A stretch of 60,468 nucleotides of DNA. Source: an uncultured Gammaproteobacteria bacterium. GTDB taxonomy: Bacteria > Patescibacteriota > Microgenomatia > UBA8517. This document shows positions 1 to 7,567 of this stretch, one piece after another; positions within the stretch are counted from its first letter, which is position 1; each line of letters starts with the position of its first letter. The notes beneath the pieces are model-generated. The model searched no databases. It was not told where the DNA came from and saw only the letters and a list, made by a program, of their open reading frames with translations. Where the stretch lies: NCBI GenBank assembly GCA_964366085.1, contig CAYISM010000002.1, positions 1-60,468 of the forward strand. The letters run 5' to 3'. Position numbers and translations under genes: made by a program.

Positions 1-1
1 A

Positions 2-340
2 ATAAATCAAGATGAGGAATTTATAAAAAGAATAATAGGACTTCCCGGAGAATCGGTTTCAATCAAAGACAATCATGTATATATTAACGGGAAAAAACTA
101 AGTGAAAGCTATCTTGACGAAAAACTTACTACAACCCCGGGCGCATTTTCGTTAGAGGCCAGAGAGGTCGTTGTCCCAAGCGGTCAATATTTCGTTTTGG
201 GAGACAACCGTCCTCATTCTTCAGATTCAAGAGCTTGGGGGTTTGTCACTAAGGATAAAATTACGGGCCGTGCCTGGCTGACTTACTGGCCGCCACAAAA
301 GGCCGGTATTATCAAAGGCGTTACTTACAATTTTTTTTAG
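2..340 (+). CDS. lepB: Signal peptidase I, C-terminal part (5' end lies outside the window)
   Basis: Frame open from the window edge to TAG at 338-340. It is absent from the ORF track because there is no start codon in the window. Translation ...IIGLPGESVSIKDNHVYINGKKL...YFVLGDNRPHSSDSRAWGFV... carries the S26 GDNRxxSxDSR box. Confidence 0.85.
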   Translation: MNQDEEFIKRIIGLPGESVSIKDNHVYINGKKLSESYLDEKLTTTPGAFSLEAREVVVPSGQYFVLGDNRPHSSDSRAWGFVTKDKITGRAWLTYWPPQKAGIIKGVTYNFF

Positions 341-341
341 T

Positions 342-1181
342 CTAAAGAGAATTTAGTGCTTTATGGACTTTTTGAAGTCTTTCTTCGGTTTCATCCAAGC
401 TACCTTTAAATACTAATGTGATTTTGGTTTCTCTTCTTGATCTTACCAGTTTAACCTGTGTCTTAATACTGTCATCCGAAATTCCGTTATTTAATGCATC
501 CTCCATTTCTTTTTGCATACTGTCGATCTCTTCGGAGATTATCCTTATAGTATCCATTCTTCCTTTCGGTTCTTGCTGAGATTTTGCCTTCATACGTCTG
601 GCCAATTCTTCCGCCCGTCTAACCGATCCCGATTCTCTCAAAATTATTTTGTACGCCTCAACCATCAAGTTTGTGTCATCAATTGCGGCAAGAGCCCTGG
701 CGTGGCCTTCGGAAATAAGACCGGAAAGAAGACCGTCTTTTAAGGCATCGGGAAGTGAAAGCAACCTTATTGAATTGGAAACATAAGCCACTGACTTTCC
801 GATCCTCACAGCAATTTCAGAAGTCGTCAGGCCGAATTCGTTCATAAGGCGTTCAAAGCCCTTCGCACGATCCAATGGATTAAGATCAACTCTCTGGACA
901 TTCTCAACAAGGGCCATTTCAAGCATTCCCTTGGGGGTAGTTTCACGAATTATGGCCGGAATATGGGTAAGACCAGCCAATCTTGAGGCTCTCCAACGTC
1001 TCTCCCCCGCAATAATCTGAAAACCGGCCGGAGTTTTTGCAATAACCAATGGTTCAAGTATTCCGTGCTCGCGAACCGAGTCGACAAGATCTACCAAACT
1101 TTCCGGGGTTATTGCTCCACGAGGCTGAAGAGGATTCGGCTGCAGTTGATTTATTTCTATTTGGATAACTTCTTCTGCCAT
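342..1181 (-). CDS. parB: ParB/Spo0J-family partition protein
   Basis: 279 aa with LQPNPLQPRG and the GERRWRASRLAGL ParB box II, followed by an HTH region. No parA is adjacent. Confidence 0.9.
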   Translation of the reverse strand: MAEEVIQIEINQLQPNPLQPRGAITPESLVDLVDSVREHGILEPLVIAKTPAGFQIIAGERRWRASRLAGLTHIPAIIRETTPKGMLEMALVENVQRVDLNPLDRAKGFERLMNEFGLTTSEIAVRIGKSVAYVSNSIRLLSLPDALKDGLLSGLISEGHARALAAIDDTNLMVEAYKIILRESGSVRRAEELARRMKAKSQQEPKGRMDTIRIISEEIDSMQKEMEDALNNGISDDSIKTQVKLVRSRRETKITLVFKGSLDETEERLQKVHKALNSL

Positions 1182-1186
1182 TTGCG

Positions 1187-1435
1187 TTAGTTAGCGACTG
1201 AAACAGTTTTTCTACCGAGTTTTTGGCCAAATTTTACCATTCCTTCACAAACAGAATAAAGCGTATGATCTCTCCCCACCTTCACACCAACCCCCGCTTT
1301 AAAAGGTGTTCCTCTTTGCCTTACTAAAATCATTCCCGGTGAAACTTTCTCTCCATGCGCCACTTTTACCCCCAATCTTTTTCCTTCCGGTCGTTCATGT
1401 TGAGATGTTTTTCCTCCTTGTTTATGTTTTGCCAT
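1187..1435 (-). CDS. rpmA: 50S ribosomal protein L27
   Basis: 82 aa, MAKHKQGGKTSQ...GMILVRQRGTPFKAGVGVKVGRDHTLY, a typical L27. AGGAG lies 6 nt upstream of the ATG. Confidence 0.95.
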   Translation of the reverse strand: MAKHKQGGKTSQHERPEGKRLGVKVAHGEKVSPGMILVRQRGTPFKAGVGVKVGRDHTLYSVCEGMVKFGQKLGRKTVSVAN

Positions 1436-1454
1436 TCTTTTCTCCTACAAAGAG

Positions 1455-1483
1455 AGAATAAACAATATTTTCACAGATGTCAA
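1455..1483 (-). promoter_or_regulatory. Putative sigma70-type promoter in the rplU-rpmA gap (TTGACA-17-TATTCT)
   Basis: Minus strand reads TTGACA (1483..1478), a 17-nt spacer, then TATTCT (1460..1455), followed by AGGAG and the rpmA ATG. Confidence 0.4.
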
Positions 1484-1524
1484 GAGAGCAGTAAGAGACA
1501 ATTTGATATATTTTGTTGTGAATA

Positions 1525-1827
1525 TTAAGAAGTAATCTTTTCAATGAGAAGTCTTGTGTATTTGGGTCTAAAGCCTGTGTGTTTTCGATAGCGGGATTTG
1601 GCTTTAAATTTATAAACGTCCAGTTTTTCTCCCTTTTCCTCCCCCAACACCTTAATTTTCACCTTTGCATCCGAGAGAGTCGGCTTTCCTAATGAAACTT
1701 TACCCTCATCAACTACCAAGAGAACCTCCGGCTCAACTTTTGAATCCGAAAGTTTGTCTACTAAAATCTCTTCTGTCTCGGAGACTTTGTACTGATGACC
1801 GGAGACCCTAATAATTGCGTATTTCAT
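1525..1827 (-). CDS. rplU: 50S ribosomal protein L21
   Basis: The ORF-track entry 1525..2115 carries an implausible N-terminal extension that overlaps rodA. The internal ATG at 1827 gives a 100-aa product, MKYAIIRVSGHQYKV...KSRYRKHTGFRPKYT, typical of L21. Confidence 0.9.
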   Translation of the reverse strand: MKYAIIRVSGHQYKVSETEEILVDKLSDSKVEPEVLLVVDEGKVSLGKPTLSDAKVKIKVLGEEKGEKLDVYKFKAKSRYRKHTGFRPKYTRLLIEKITS

Positions 1828-1859
1828 AATGTGTATTTTAATCATAAAACCGTCTAAAC

Positions 1860-2921
1860 TCAAGCAACGATTTTTTTCCTGCATCCTATCGCAATCCCTA
1901 AACCAATCATTGTCCCCAAAAAGGAAGACCCTCCTGCGGAAACAAGAGGAAGCGGAATTCCCGTAATTGGAAGAAGTCCCATATTCATTCCAATATGAAT
2001 TAGTATTTGCATAAGAAAGATCAAAACAAAGCCTGAAAGATAAGCCCTCTCGGAAACTCCGCCGGCATTTTCCAGTATATAAAGGAGTCTTAAAACTAAG
2101 AGAAAAAGGCTGCACAAAATTAAAGCCGCTCCGACAAAACCCAATTCCTCCGCAATTGACGCAAAAACAAAGTCGGTTTGTCTTTCGGGCAAAAATGCCA
2201 GTTGTGTTTGAACTCCTTTTCCCAGTCCTCTTCCTAAAAGTTTTCCGGATCCAACCGAAATCATAGATTGAATGCTGTTATATCCCGCACCTCTGGGATC
2301 TTTTGAAGGCTCAATAAATGTGAGCAATCTTTGTTTTTGATAAGGAGCCAGAAAGTAAAAAAATATGGGGACTGCCGAGAGAAAAAGAAGTGCGCCGAGA
2401 AGTATGTATCTTTTACTAAAGGCCGATGCAATTAAAATCCCCCAAAAACCAACTGTTGTTAATATTGCAATTCCCAAAGAAGGCTGTATCAAAATTAATG
2501 CTACAGGCAGAACCAATAAAAAAAGAGCTTTAATAAGTCTTTTAAAAGTAACCGTCGTATTTGTTAAAAAGGCTGCAAAAAATATAAGTAAGAATGGACG
2601 GACAATCTCCGCCGGCTGAATTGTCAAAGGACCCAGGGGAATCCAGCGAACCGCGCCTCTGGTTACTTGTCCAATTAAAAGAGGAAGAATAAGTAAAACT
2701 ATGGATGAAATATATAGAAACTTGGAAAACAAGGACAAGACTTCAAAGTCAAAAAGAGAGAAAATAAAGAAAAATAAAATTCCCAAGAAAAGGTAGAGGA
2801 AATAAATCGGGAATATAAATTTGGCAATCGAATTTAGGATTATTGTACTTGTTAAAATCAAAAAACCGATGGCTAAAAGAAGTAAAGGGTCAGCCCTTTT
2901 AAAATAAGAAGAAAAGTTCAT
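1860..2921 (-). CDS. rodA: SEDS-family peptidoglycan glycosyltransferase (RodA/FtsW family), non-dcw copy
   Basis: 353 aa and polytopic, with a C-terminal LPITGIPLPLVSAGGSS SEDS signature. It is paralogous to the dcw-cluster copy at 13330..14421. Confidence 0.85.
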   Translation of the reverse strand: MNFSSYFKRADPLLLLAIGFLILTSTIILNSIAKFIFPIYFLYLFLGILFFFIFSLFDFEVLSLFSKFLYISSIVLLILPLLIGQVTRGAVRWIPLGPLTIQPAEIVRPFLLIFFAAFLTNTTVTFKRLIKALFLLVLPVALILIQPSLGIAILTTVGFWGILIASAFSKRYILLGALLFLSAVPIFFYFLAPYQKQRLLTFIEPSKDPRGAGYNSIQSMISVGSGKLLGRGLGKGVQTQLAFLPERQTDFVFASIAEELGFVGAALILCSLFLLVLRLLYILENAGGVSERAYLSGFVLIFLMQILIHIGMNMGLLPITGIPLPLVSAGGSSFLGTMIGLGIAIGCRKKIVA

Positions 2922-2926
2922 CTGAT

Positions 2927-3202
2927 TTATTTTTTTTCTACTTTAAATTCGCCTTCTCGCAGGTCTTCTGTGAGTGTTTTCTTTTTTATCTTTTCGACAA
3001 GATCTTTATTTTTTGGCAACCAAGGAGTATAAACATTTATTTTTTGCGTAAGATTCATTCCCATATTTTTTCTTTCCTCCTGAATTTTTCTAATCAAGTC
3101 CCTGGCCTTGGCTTCCTCTTCAAGCTCGGGGGTAATTTTTGTATCCAATTTTACCTTAATTTCGCCCTTTCCCTTTTTGTATTCGACCGACTTGATATTT
3201 AA
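2927..3202 (-). CDS. ileS: Isoleucyl-tRNA synthetase C-terminal segment, in frame with the main ORF and downstream of it, separated by one TAA
   Basis: The same reading frame as 3203..5908 stays open for 91 codons after the TAA at 3203-3205: LNIKSVEYKKGKGEIKVKLDTKITPELEEEAKARDLIRKIQEERKNMGM.... This matches the conserved IleRS C-terminal (E)LNVK ... LtpeLeeEGlaRelvRriQ region. The first possible start is TTG at 3148 and no SD is visible. Confidence 0.6.
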   Translation of the reverse strand, partial: LNIKSVEYKKGKGEIKVKLDTKITPELEEEAKARDLIRKIQEERKNMGMNLTQKINVYTPWLPKNKDLVEKIKKKTLTEDLREGEFKVEKK

Positions 3203-5908
3203 TTAGTCCAGCATCAATTGTTCCATGTTCTTGTTTGATAATTGATAATTGATAATTGATAATTTACTGAGGGGCTGCCTAACAGGAATTTTTGCTTTTT
3301 TCCTTTCAGCGTGTGCGCTTTCGACAATCTCTCTGACTGTTTTCATTTCACTTAGTATCTTAGTATCTTCTTCACTTAGTATCTTTCCTTGTGGCCATTC
3401 TGAAAGGTGAACCGATTCTTCCTTTGTTAAATTTGTGTATATGATTTCTGATATAAAAGGCGTAAACGGGGCAAGAAGTTTAGAAAGTGTCATTAAAACG
3501 TAATGCGTAGTTTTGTAGAATACGCCCTTTTCAGGGTCGGACCCGCCGTCGGGTCCGACCCTGTCACGCGATCTTCGGATGTACCAAAGAGAAAGATCAT
3601 CGACAAATTTTTCTACTTCGAAGCTAGCCGAGAAGGCATCAAATTTTTCTAAAGAATTCGTGACTTCTTTTATTGTCTGACTTAGTCTTGCCAAAATCCA
3701 CTTGTCAAGAACAGTTAATTGTTGACCGCGAAGCGGGTTATTCTCGTTAATGGTTAATTTGTCATTTGGATGCCATGCATCCAAATTGGCATAAGTTACA
3801 AAAAAGTTATAAATGTTCCAAAGTTTTAAATGAAATCGTCTTCTTGTTTCGTCTGCCATTTTATATCCAAAGAGCAAATTATCACCCGGGTTTTGTCGAA
3901 CGTACATCCAGCGCATAACATCAACTCCGATTTTGTCCGCCCCTTCATTAAATTCAATAGCGTTTCCTGAACTTTTATGCATCGGTCTTCCGTCTTCGCC
4001 AAAAAGAGTTGCAAACCCCAAAACAGTCTCAAAAGGTTTCTTGTTTTCTAAAACAGTGCTCATTGCAAGAAGTGAATAGAACCAATTTTTAAACTGTCCT
4101 GGGAAAGACTCTGTTATAAAATCGGCAGGAAACCACTTTTCAAATTCCTTTTTGTCTGGTCCGTACAAAGGCTCACTTTTATTGTCCCTGCTTATTGTTG
4201 AGAAAGAAACAATTCCGGCATCCAGCCAAGGATTGCCAACGTCCGGAATTCGGCTCATTTCGCCATCGCACTTTTCACATTTAATTTTGACATTATCTAT
4301 CCAAGGTCGATGCGGAGAGTTTCCTTCGAATTTATCTAGGCCTGAAATTGCTCTTTCCCCTAATTCCTCTTTCCCGCCGATTACTTCGAAGTGCCCATTT
4401 TTACAAATCCAAATGGGAAGTGCCAATCCCCAATACCTTTTTTTGGAAATAAGCCAATCGTGCATATTATCAAGCCAATCAAGTTCGCGTTTTAGACCAA
4501 ATTCCGGAAGCCAATTAATTTTTTTGGCAACTTTCTTCATTGGTTCTCTCAATGCGTCCATCGATATATACCATTCATCAACCACCCTCCAGACCAGTTC
4601 GGTTTTGCAGCGCCAACAAGCGGGATAGCGGTGTGTGATGGGGATAATATCAAAAACCCAATTGTTGCCTTTTTTATCTTCGTTTACCAAATAATCAAGT
4701 ATGACCCGCGGATCTTTCTTTGCATTTTTGCCCGAAAATTCGCCCAACCCATCCATATAATTCGCTTCCTCATCTATAACTTCAATTAAAGGAAGTCCAA
4801 GTTTTTTGCCAAGTTGAAAGTCTTCCTCACCAGCAGAAACAGCCGTATGGACAAGTCCCGTTCCTTCTTCTGTTGAGATGGGCATAATTTTTTCGTCTGT
4901 AGCAATCACCGTATGGAATTTTTCCTTATTTTTTTCGGCTACTTCTTTAACCCTTGGAAGGTGGTCAAAAGCCCAAGAATATCTCAACCCTACCAATTCT
5001 TTCCCTTTTACAGTTCTGACAATTTTCTTGTAGTCTCCTTTAAATATCTTCTCGACCAAATCTTTCGCCAGCCAAAACTTATCACCGGTATTTCCTTCGA
5101 CTAACGAATAATCTAAATTTTCATCAACTGCTACCGCAATATTTGCAGGCAATGTCCAGGGGGTTGTCGTCCAAACCAACAGATATTCGTCGTTTTTCCC
5201 CTGTAACGGCAACTCAAAATAAATAGATTCATGGCTTACTTCTTTATAATCTTCGGTTAGCATCTCATGCTGGGAAATTGCAGTTCCACAACGGGGGCAC
5301 CAGGGAACCGAATCATGGCCTTTATAAATTAAGCCGCGTTCATGACACTTTTTCAAAAAATGCCAAATCATGTAGTTATTATTGTCGGAAAGTGTGTAGT
5401 AAGAATTTTCCCAATCCGCGAAATAGCCAAGTCTTTTTGACTGTTCTGTCTGAATTTTTGAGAATTTAAAAACCCTCTCCTTACAAAGTTCCACAAATTT
5501 AGCGATACTTGCCTTAATTTCGCCGGGAACTAAATTTTCTATATCTTTTTTGCTTTTAAATCCAAGTTCTTTTTCTACCTCAACCTCTACCCAAAGACCC
5601 TGACAGTCAAATCCGTTTTGAAATCTCTGGCGGAACCCTTGCATATTTTTAAACCTTTGCCAAAGGTCTTTGTAAGTTCTTCCCCAAGCGTGGTGAACCC
5701 CCATCGGATTATTTGCGGTAATGGGACCATCCAAAAAGGAGAAATATTTTTTAGAGTTGTCATTTTTGTGAAGATATTTCCAAACAACACTCTTTTTATC
5801 AACCAGAGGCCGATCAGCCTTTGGCTGATACCATTCATTCAAAAGCTTCTTCTCTATTTCCGGGAAGTTTACCTTCAAATCAACCGGTTCAAAAAAATCC
5901 TTGGCCAT
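3203..5908 (-). CDS. ileS: Isoleucine--tRNA ligase (class I, type-2-like), 901 codons ending at a premature in-frame TAA
   Basis: Contains the HIGH-type motif PMGVHHAWGR, the KMSKS-type motif RPMHKSSGN, and editing-domain and Zn-finger CxxC pairs. The overall length and order are those of IleRS. Confidence 0.92.
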   Translation of the reverse strand: MAKDFFEPVDLKVNFPEIEKKLLNEWYQPKADRPLVDKKSVVWKYLHKNDNSKKYFSFLDGPITANNPMGVHHAWGRTYKDLWQRFKNMQGFRQRFQNGFDCQGLWVEVEVEKELGFKSKKDIENLVPGEIKASIAKFVELCKERVFKFSKIQTEQSKRLGYFADWENSYYTLSDNNNYMIWHFLKKCHERGLIYKGHDSVPWCPRCGTAISQHEMLTEDYKEVSHESIYFELPLQGKNDEYLLVWTTTPWTLPANIAVAVDENLDYSLVEGNTGDKFWLAKDLVEKIFKGDYKKIVRTVKGKELVGLRYSWAFDHLPRVKEVAEKNKEKFHTVIATDEKIMPISTEEGTGLVHTAVSAGEEDFQLGKKLGLPLIEVIDEEANYMDGLGEFSGKNAKKDPRVILDYLVNEDKKGNNWVFDIIPITHRYPACWRCKTELVWRVVDEWYISMDALREPMKKVAKKINWLPEFGLKRELDWLDNMHDWLISKKRYWGLALPIWICKNGHFEVIGGKEELGERAISGLDKFEGNSPHRPWIDNVKIKCEKCDGEMSRIPDVGNPWLDAGIVSFSTISRDNKSEPLYGPDKKEFEKWFPADFITESFPGQFKNWFYSLLAMSTVLENKKPFETVLGFATLFGEDGRPMHKSSGNAIEFNEGADKIGVDVMRWMYVRQNPGDNLLFGYKMADETRRRFHLKLWNIYNFFVTYANLDAWHPNDKLTINENNPLRGQQLTVLDKWILARLSQTIKEVTNSLEKFDAFSASFEVEKFVDDLSLWYIRRSRDRVGPDGGSDPEKGVFYKTTHYVLMTLSKLLAPFTPFISEIIYTNLTKEESVHLSEWPQGKILSEEDTKILSEMKTVREIVESAHAERKKAKIPVRQPLSKLSIINYQLSNKNMEQLMLD
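3234..3268. repeat. Heptanucleotide tandem repeat (ATTGATA; TATCAAT on the coding strand), 3 perfect and 2 imperfect units, inside ileS
   Basis: Plus strand reads tttgata attgata attgata attgata atttact. It is translated as SIINYQLS, 30-60 nt upstream of the in-frame stop. Confidence 0.9.
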
Positions 5909-5915
5909 AGTAGCT

Positions 5916-5921
5916 ATTTTA
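5916..5921 (-). promoter_or_regulatory. Putative -10 box (TAAAAT) 7 nt upstream of the ileS ATG
   Basis: Minus strand reads gggTAAAATagctactATG with no SD in between. No convincing -35 was found. Confidence 0.35.
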
Positions 5922-6009
5922 CCCTGAAAATGAGTATTGTGGAAGATGTCACGAATTTCCGAACTGAAGAAACATTGATATTCGTCAAAATCTCGAAACG
6001 CACTGTACT

Positions 6010-6396
6010 TTAGTGGGCGAAAATATTCGGGAACGCTGAAATGAAGCGCTGATAAGATTCTAGCTCACCGTTGAGTAACAGCGCTTGGGCGAGAAGTCCT
6101 TGATCCGATGTTCCCGCTGGAACCTTGATCCTGTTTTTGCAAAGAATTCCGTAATAGGCCAGGGTTTGGGGAAGCAATTCTAGACCGGCTGTCTCTGCCA
6201 TTTTGCGTGCTTGTGTTTGAGTCCACGGCGAGAGCGTTTCTATACCCGGAACCTCTGCCTGATTTTTAACTGTATGGAATAGACCTATCTCCAAAATTCC
6301 ACCGCTCTTGAGGTAAGCTTGATATAGATCCTCAACGTGCTTGCTCTTTGGAACATCCTGAGGTGAGCTATGTAACTCTGCCGAGACCACGGTCAT
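6010..6396 (-). CDS. Hypothetical protein (GC-rich orphan)
   Basis: 128-aa ORF with no family I can recognise. Hand-counted GC over 6001-6240 is about 49%, against roughly 30-38% in neighbouring genes. Confidence 0.55.
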   Translation of the reverse strand: MTVVSAELHSSPQDVPKSKHVEDLYQAYLKSGGILEIGLFHTVKNQAEVPGIETLSPWTQTQARKMAETAGLELLPQTLAYYGILCKNRIKVPAGTSDQGLLAQALLLNGELESYQRFISAFPNIFAH

Positions 6397-6404
6397 AGTT
6401 GTTT

Positions 6405-6620
6405 CTAGTTTACACCTTTTTTGGAAATTAGTTTTAATTTTTTAAATTTCTCTTTCCAATTATTATCGTATTGATTTGCCTGCCCGGCTAGGTAAACCTT
6501 TTGTTTCATATCTGAAGTATATCGCAACTCTGTCCCAAATTTCTCAAAGGTCAAATTTTTATTGTATAAACTCCACTTACTCGAATTTGCAATTCTCGTT
6601 AAGTGATTTTGATCCCCCAA
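6405..6620 (-). CDS. Doubtful small ORF or gene remnant
   Basis: 71 codons from a TTG start. The 5' part overlaps repeat copy A, where conservation is at nucleotide level and not protein level. The segment NLTFEKFG recurs as an unstartable fragment near 7720-7760. Confidence 0.25.
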   Translation of the reverse strand: MGDQNHLTRIANSSKWSLYNKNLTFEKFGTELRYTSDMKQKVYLAGQANQYDNNWKEKFKKLKLISKKGVN

Positions 6621-6667
6621 AATGTTATTTATAGTTACAAATCAAAGTATTTTGGGTATAATTAATT
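6579..6667. repeat. Copy A of an ~88-bp repeated intergenic element (two conserved stems plus an extended -10 box)
   Basis: About 85% identical to 15511..15595. The shared core is actcgaRtttgcaaYtctcg...tgatcccccaaaatg...ttttgggtataattaa. Confidence 0.85.
6657..6662 (+). promoter_or_regulatory. -10 box TATAAT 6 nt upstream of the ATG at 6669 (leaderless-type)
   Basis: Reads tTTACAAatcaaagtattttgggTATAATtaattaATG, with TTACAA as a -35-like hexamer at a 16-nt spacing. Confidence 0.5.
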
Positions 6668-6668
6668 A

Positions 6669-7013
6669 ATGAAATTTAGTATAAGGCTTCTTTATCTTTA
6701 TCTTTTTTCGTTCATCGGACTTTTAGTCGCCGTTATCGGTTGCATCAGAATAATCCAACTTGGAATTAAAGTTTATGTTTTCAAGGGAGCCGACCAATTT
6801 AATGCCATCACCCCGCCCGCAGGAACACCCGACGACAAAACAGTTGCCCAAACTCAAGCCGAAAAAGATGCGCAAACAAAAGCAAACGATCTCGAAAACC
6901 GGAGGCAGCGCCAGCGCGAAGTTTCGGAAGCGGTCGCTATGCTTATTGTCGGAATCCCCCTTTACAAGTACCACTGGAAGATTATTCAAAAAGAAGGCAG
7001 AAAATCCTCATAG
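6669..7013 (+). CDS. Small membrane protein (two TM helices flanking a charged loop), function unknown
   Basis: 114 aa. It has an N-terminal hydrophobic helix LLYLYLFSFIGLLVAVIGCI and a second helix AVAMLIVGIPLY. Confidence 0.7.
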   Translation: MKFSIRLLYLYLFSFIGLLVAVIGCIRIIQLGIKVYVFKGADQFNAITPPAGTPDDKTVAQTQAEKDAQTKANDLENRRQRQREVSEAVAMLIVGIPLYKYHWKIIQKEGRKSS

Positions 7014-7119
7014 GTTTTAATTTGCTTAACTCCGTCGGGAGAAGTTATCAGACACTAGGCACTCGTTTGCCTTAAACTTCAGTGGTTAAATCATTTTCCG
7101 ACTCCTTGTTGCAACCGCA

Positions 7120-7141
7120 TATCATATATTAATATATGATA
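7120..7141. promoter_or_regulatory. 22-bp perfect palindrome tATCATATATTAATATATGATa, 1 nt past the stop of the regulator gene
   Basis: Read directly from the sequence. It is a near-identical twin of 7570..7591 and differs only in the central dinucleotide (TA versus CG). Confidence 0.6.
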
Positions 7142-7142
7142 G

Positions 7143-7562
7143 TTATTTCTGGTAACTTTTTCGAAACGGATTTGGAACCCTACCCGATCCGGCAACGATT
7201 GCATAGTCAAGAATTTTAAATAAAATTTTCTTGGCGATTTCGCCTCGTCTTTGCCTCTCTAATTTATTGAAAATCATATCAAAACCCTCCTGGTGAGTTT
7301 GAATCCAAAGCTTAAGTCTTGCGACTGTGGCAGGTGTTAATTTTAATATATCCTGAATTTTTTCAGATTCGATGTTGTGTCTCAAAAGAAAAGCTGCAAC
7401 TACCCTCTTGGCAATCATTATTCTTTCGGTTTCCGAGAGAATTGATGACAAAAACTTTTCGGTATCGGGAACATTGTTCAAATTCTTTATGAGAAGTGTT
7501 AGCGAATCTAAGATCTGTTTTTTTATTTCAGGCTCAATTTTTCTCTTAGAGACATGTGTCAT
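7143..7562 (-). CDS. TrpR/YerC-like helix-turn-helix DNA-binding protein
   Basis: 139 aa. LSETERIMIAKRVVAAFLLRHNIESEKIQDILKLTPATVARLK resembles the Trp-repressor-related YerC/YecD family. Confidence 0.6.
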   Translation of the reverse strand: MTHVSKRKIEPEIKKQILDSLTLLIKNLNNVPDTEKFLSSILSETERIMIAKRVVAAFLLRHNIESEKIQDILKLTPATVARLKLWIQTHQEGFDMIFNKLERQRRGEIAKKILFKILDYAIVAGSGRVPNPFRKSYQK

Positions 7563-7567
7563 ACTTA

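Noticed and set aside
1828-2115. N-terminal 96-codon extension of the L21 ORF in the track (1525..2115)
   Set aside because: The extension overlaps the rodA 3' end, is Cys/Arg/Ser-rich and has no L21 similarity. The internal ATG at 1827 gives a canonical 100-aa L21.
3203-3205. Reading the ileS in-frame TAA as evidence for an alternative genetic code
   Set aside because: TAA clearly terminates other well-defined genes in the window (ftsZ at 9014-9016, the Mur ligase at 17704-17706 and the ManC-like gene at 31284-31286). Only this one gene is affected.
4152-4628. Long antisense ORFs inside conserved genes (for example 4152..4628, 9204..9677, 10627..11223, 21973..22434, 23421..23765, 41194..41616, 14355..14843)
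   Set aside because: All lie opposite strongly supported genes (ileS, ftsZ, ftsA, ftsI, rsmH, GT2, mraY). They have Ser/Pro/Thr-biased shadow-frame composition and no start or promoter context.
7014-7142. Possible tRNA or small RNA in the longer spacers (7014..7142, 27637..27751, 51133..51212)
   Set aside because: Only short hairpins are present (CTCC-gtcg-GGAG, AGGCA-ctcgtt-TGCCT, GTCTG-aac-CAGAC). There is no cloverleaf, no T-loop GTTCRA motif and no recognisable SRP, RNase P or tmRNA signature.
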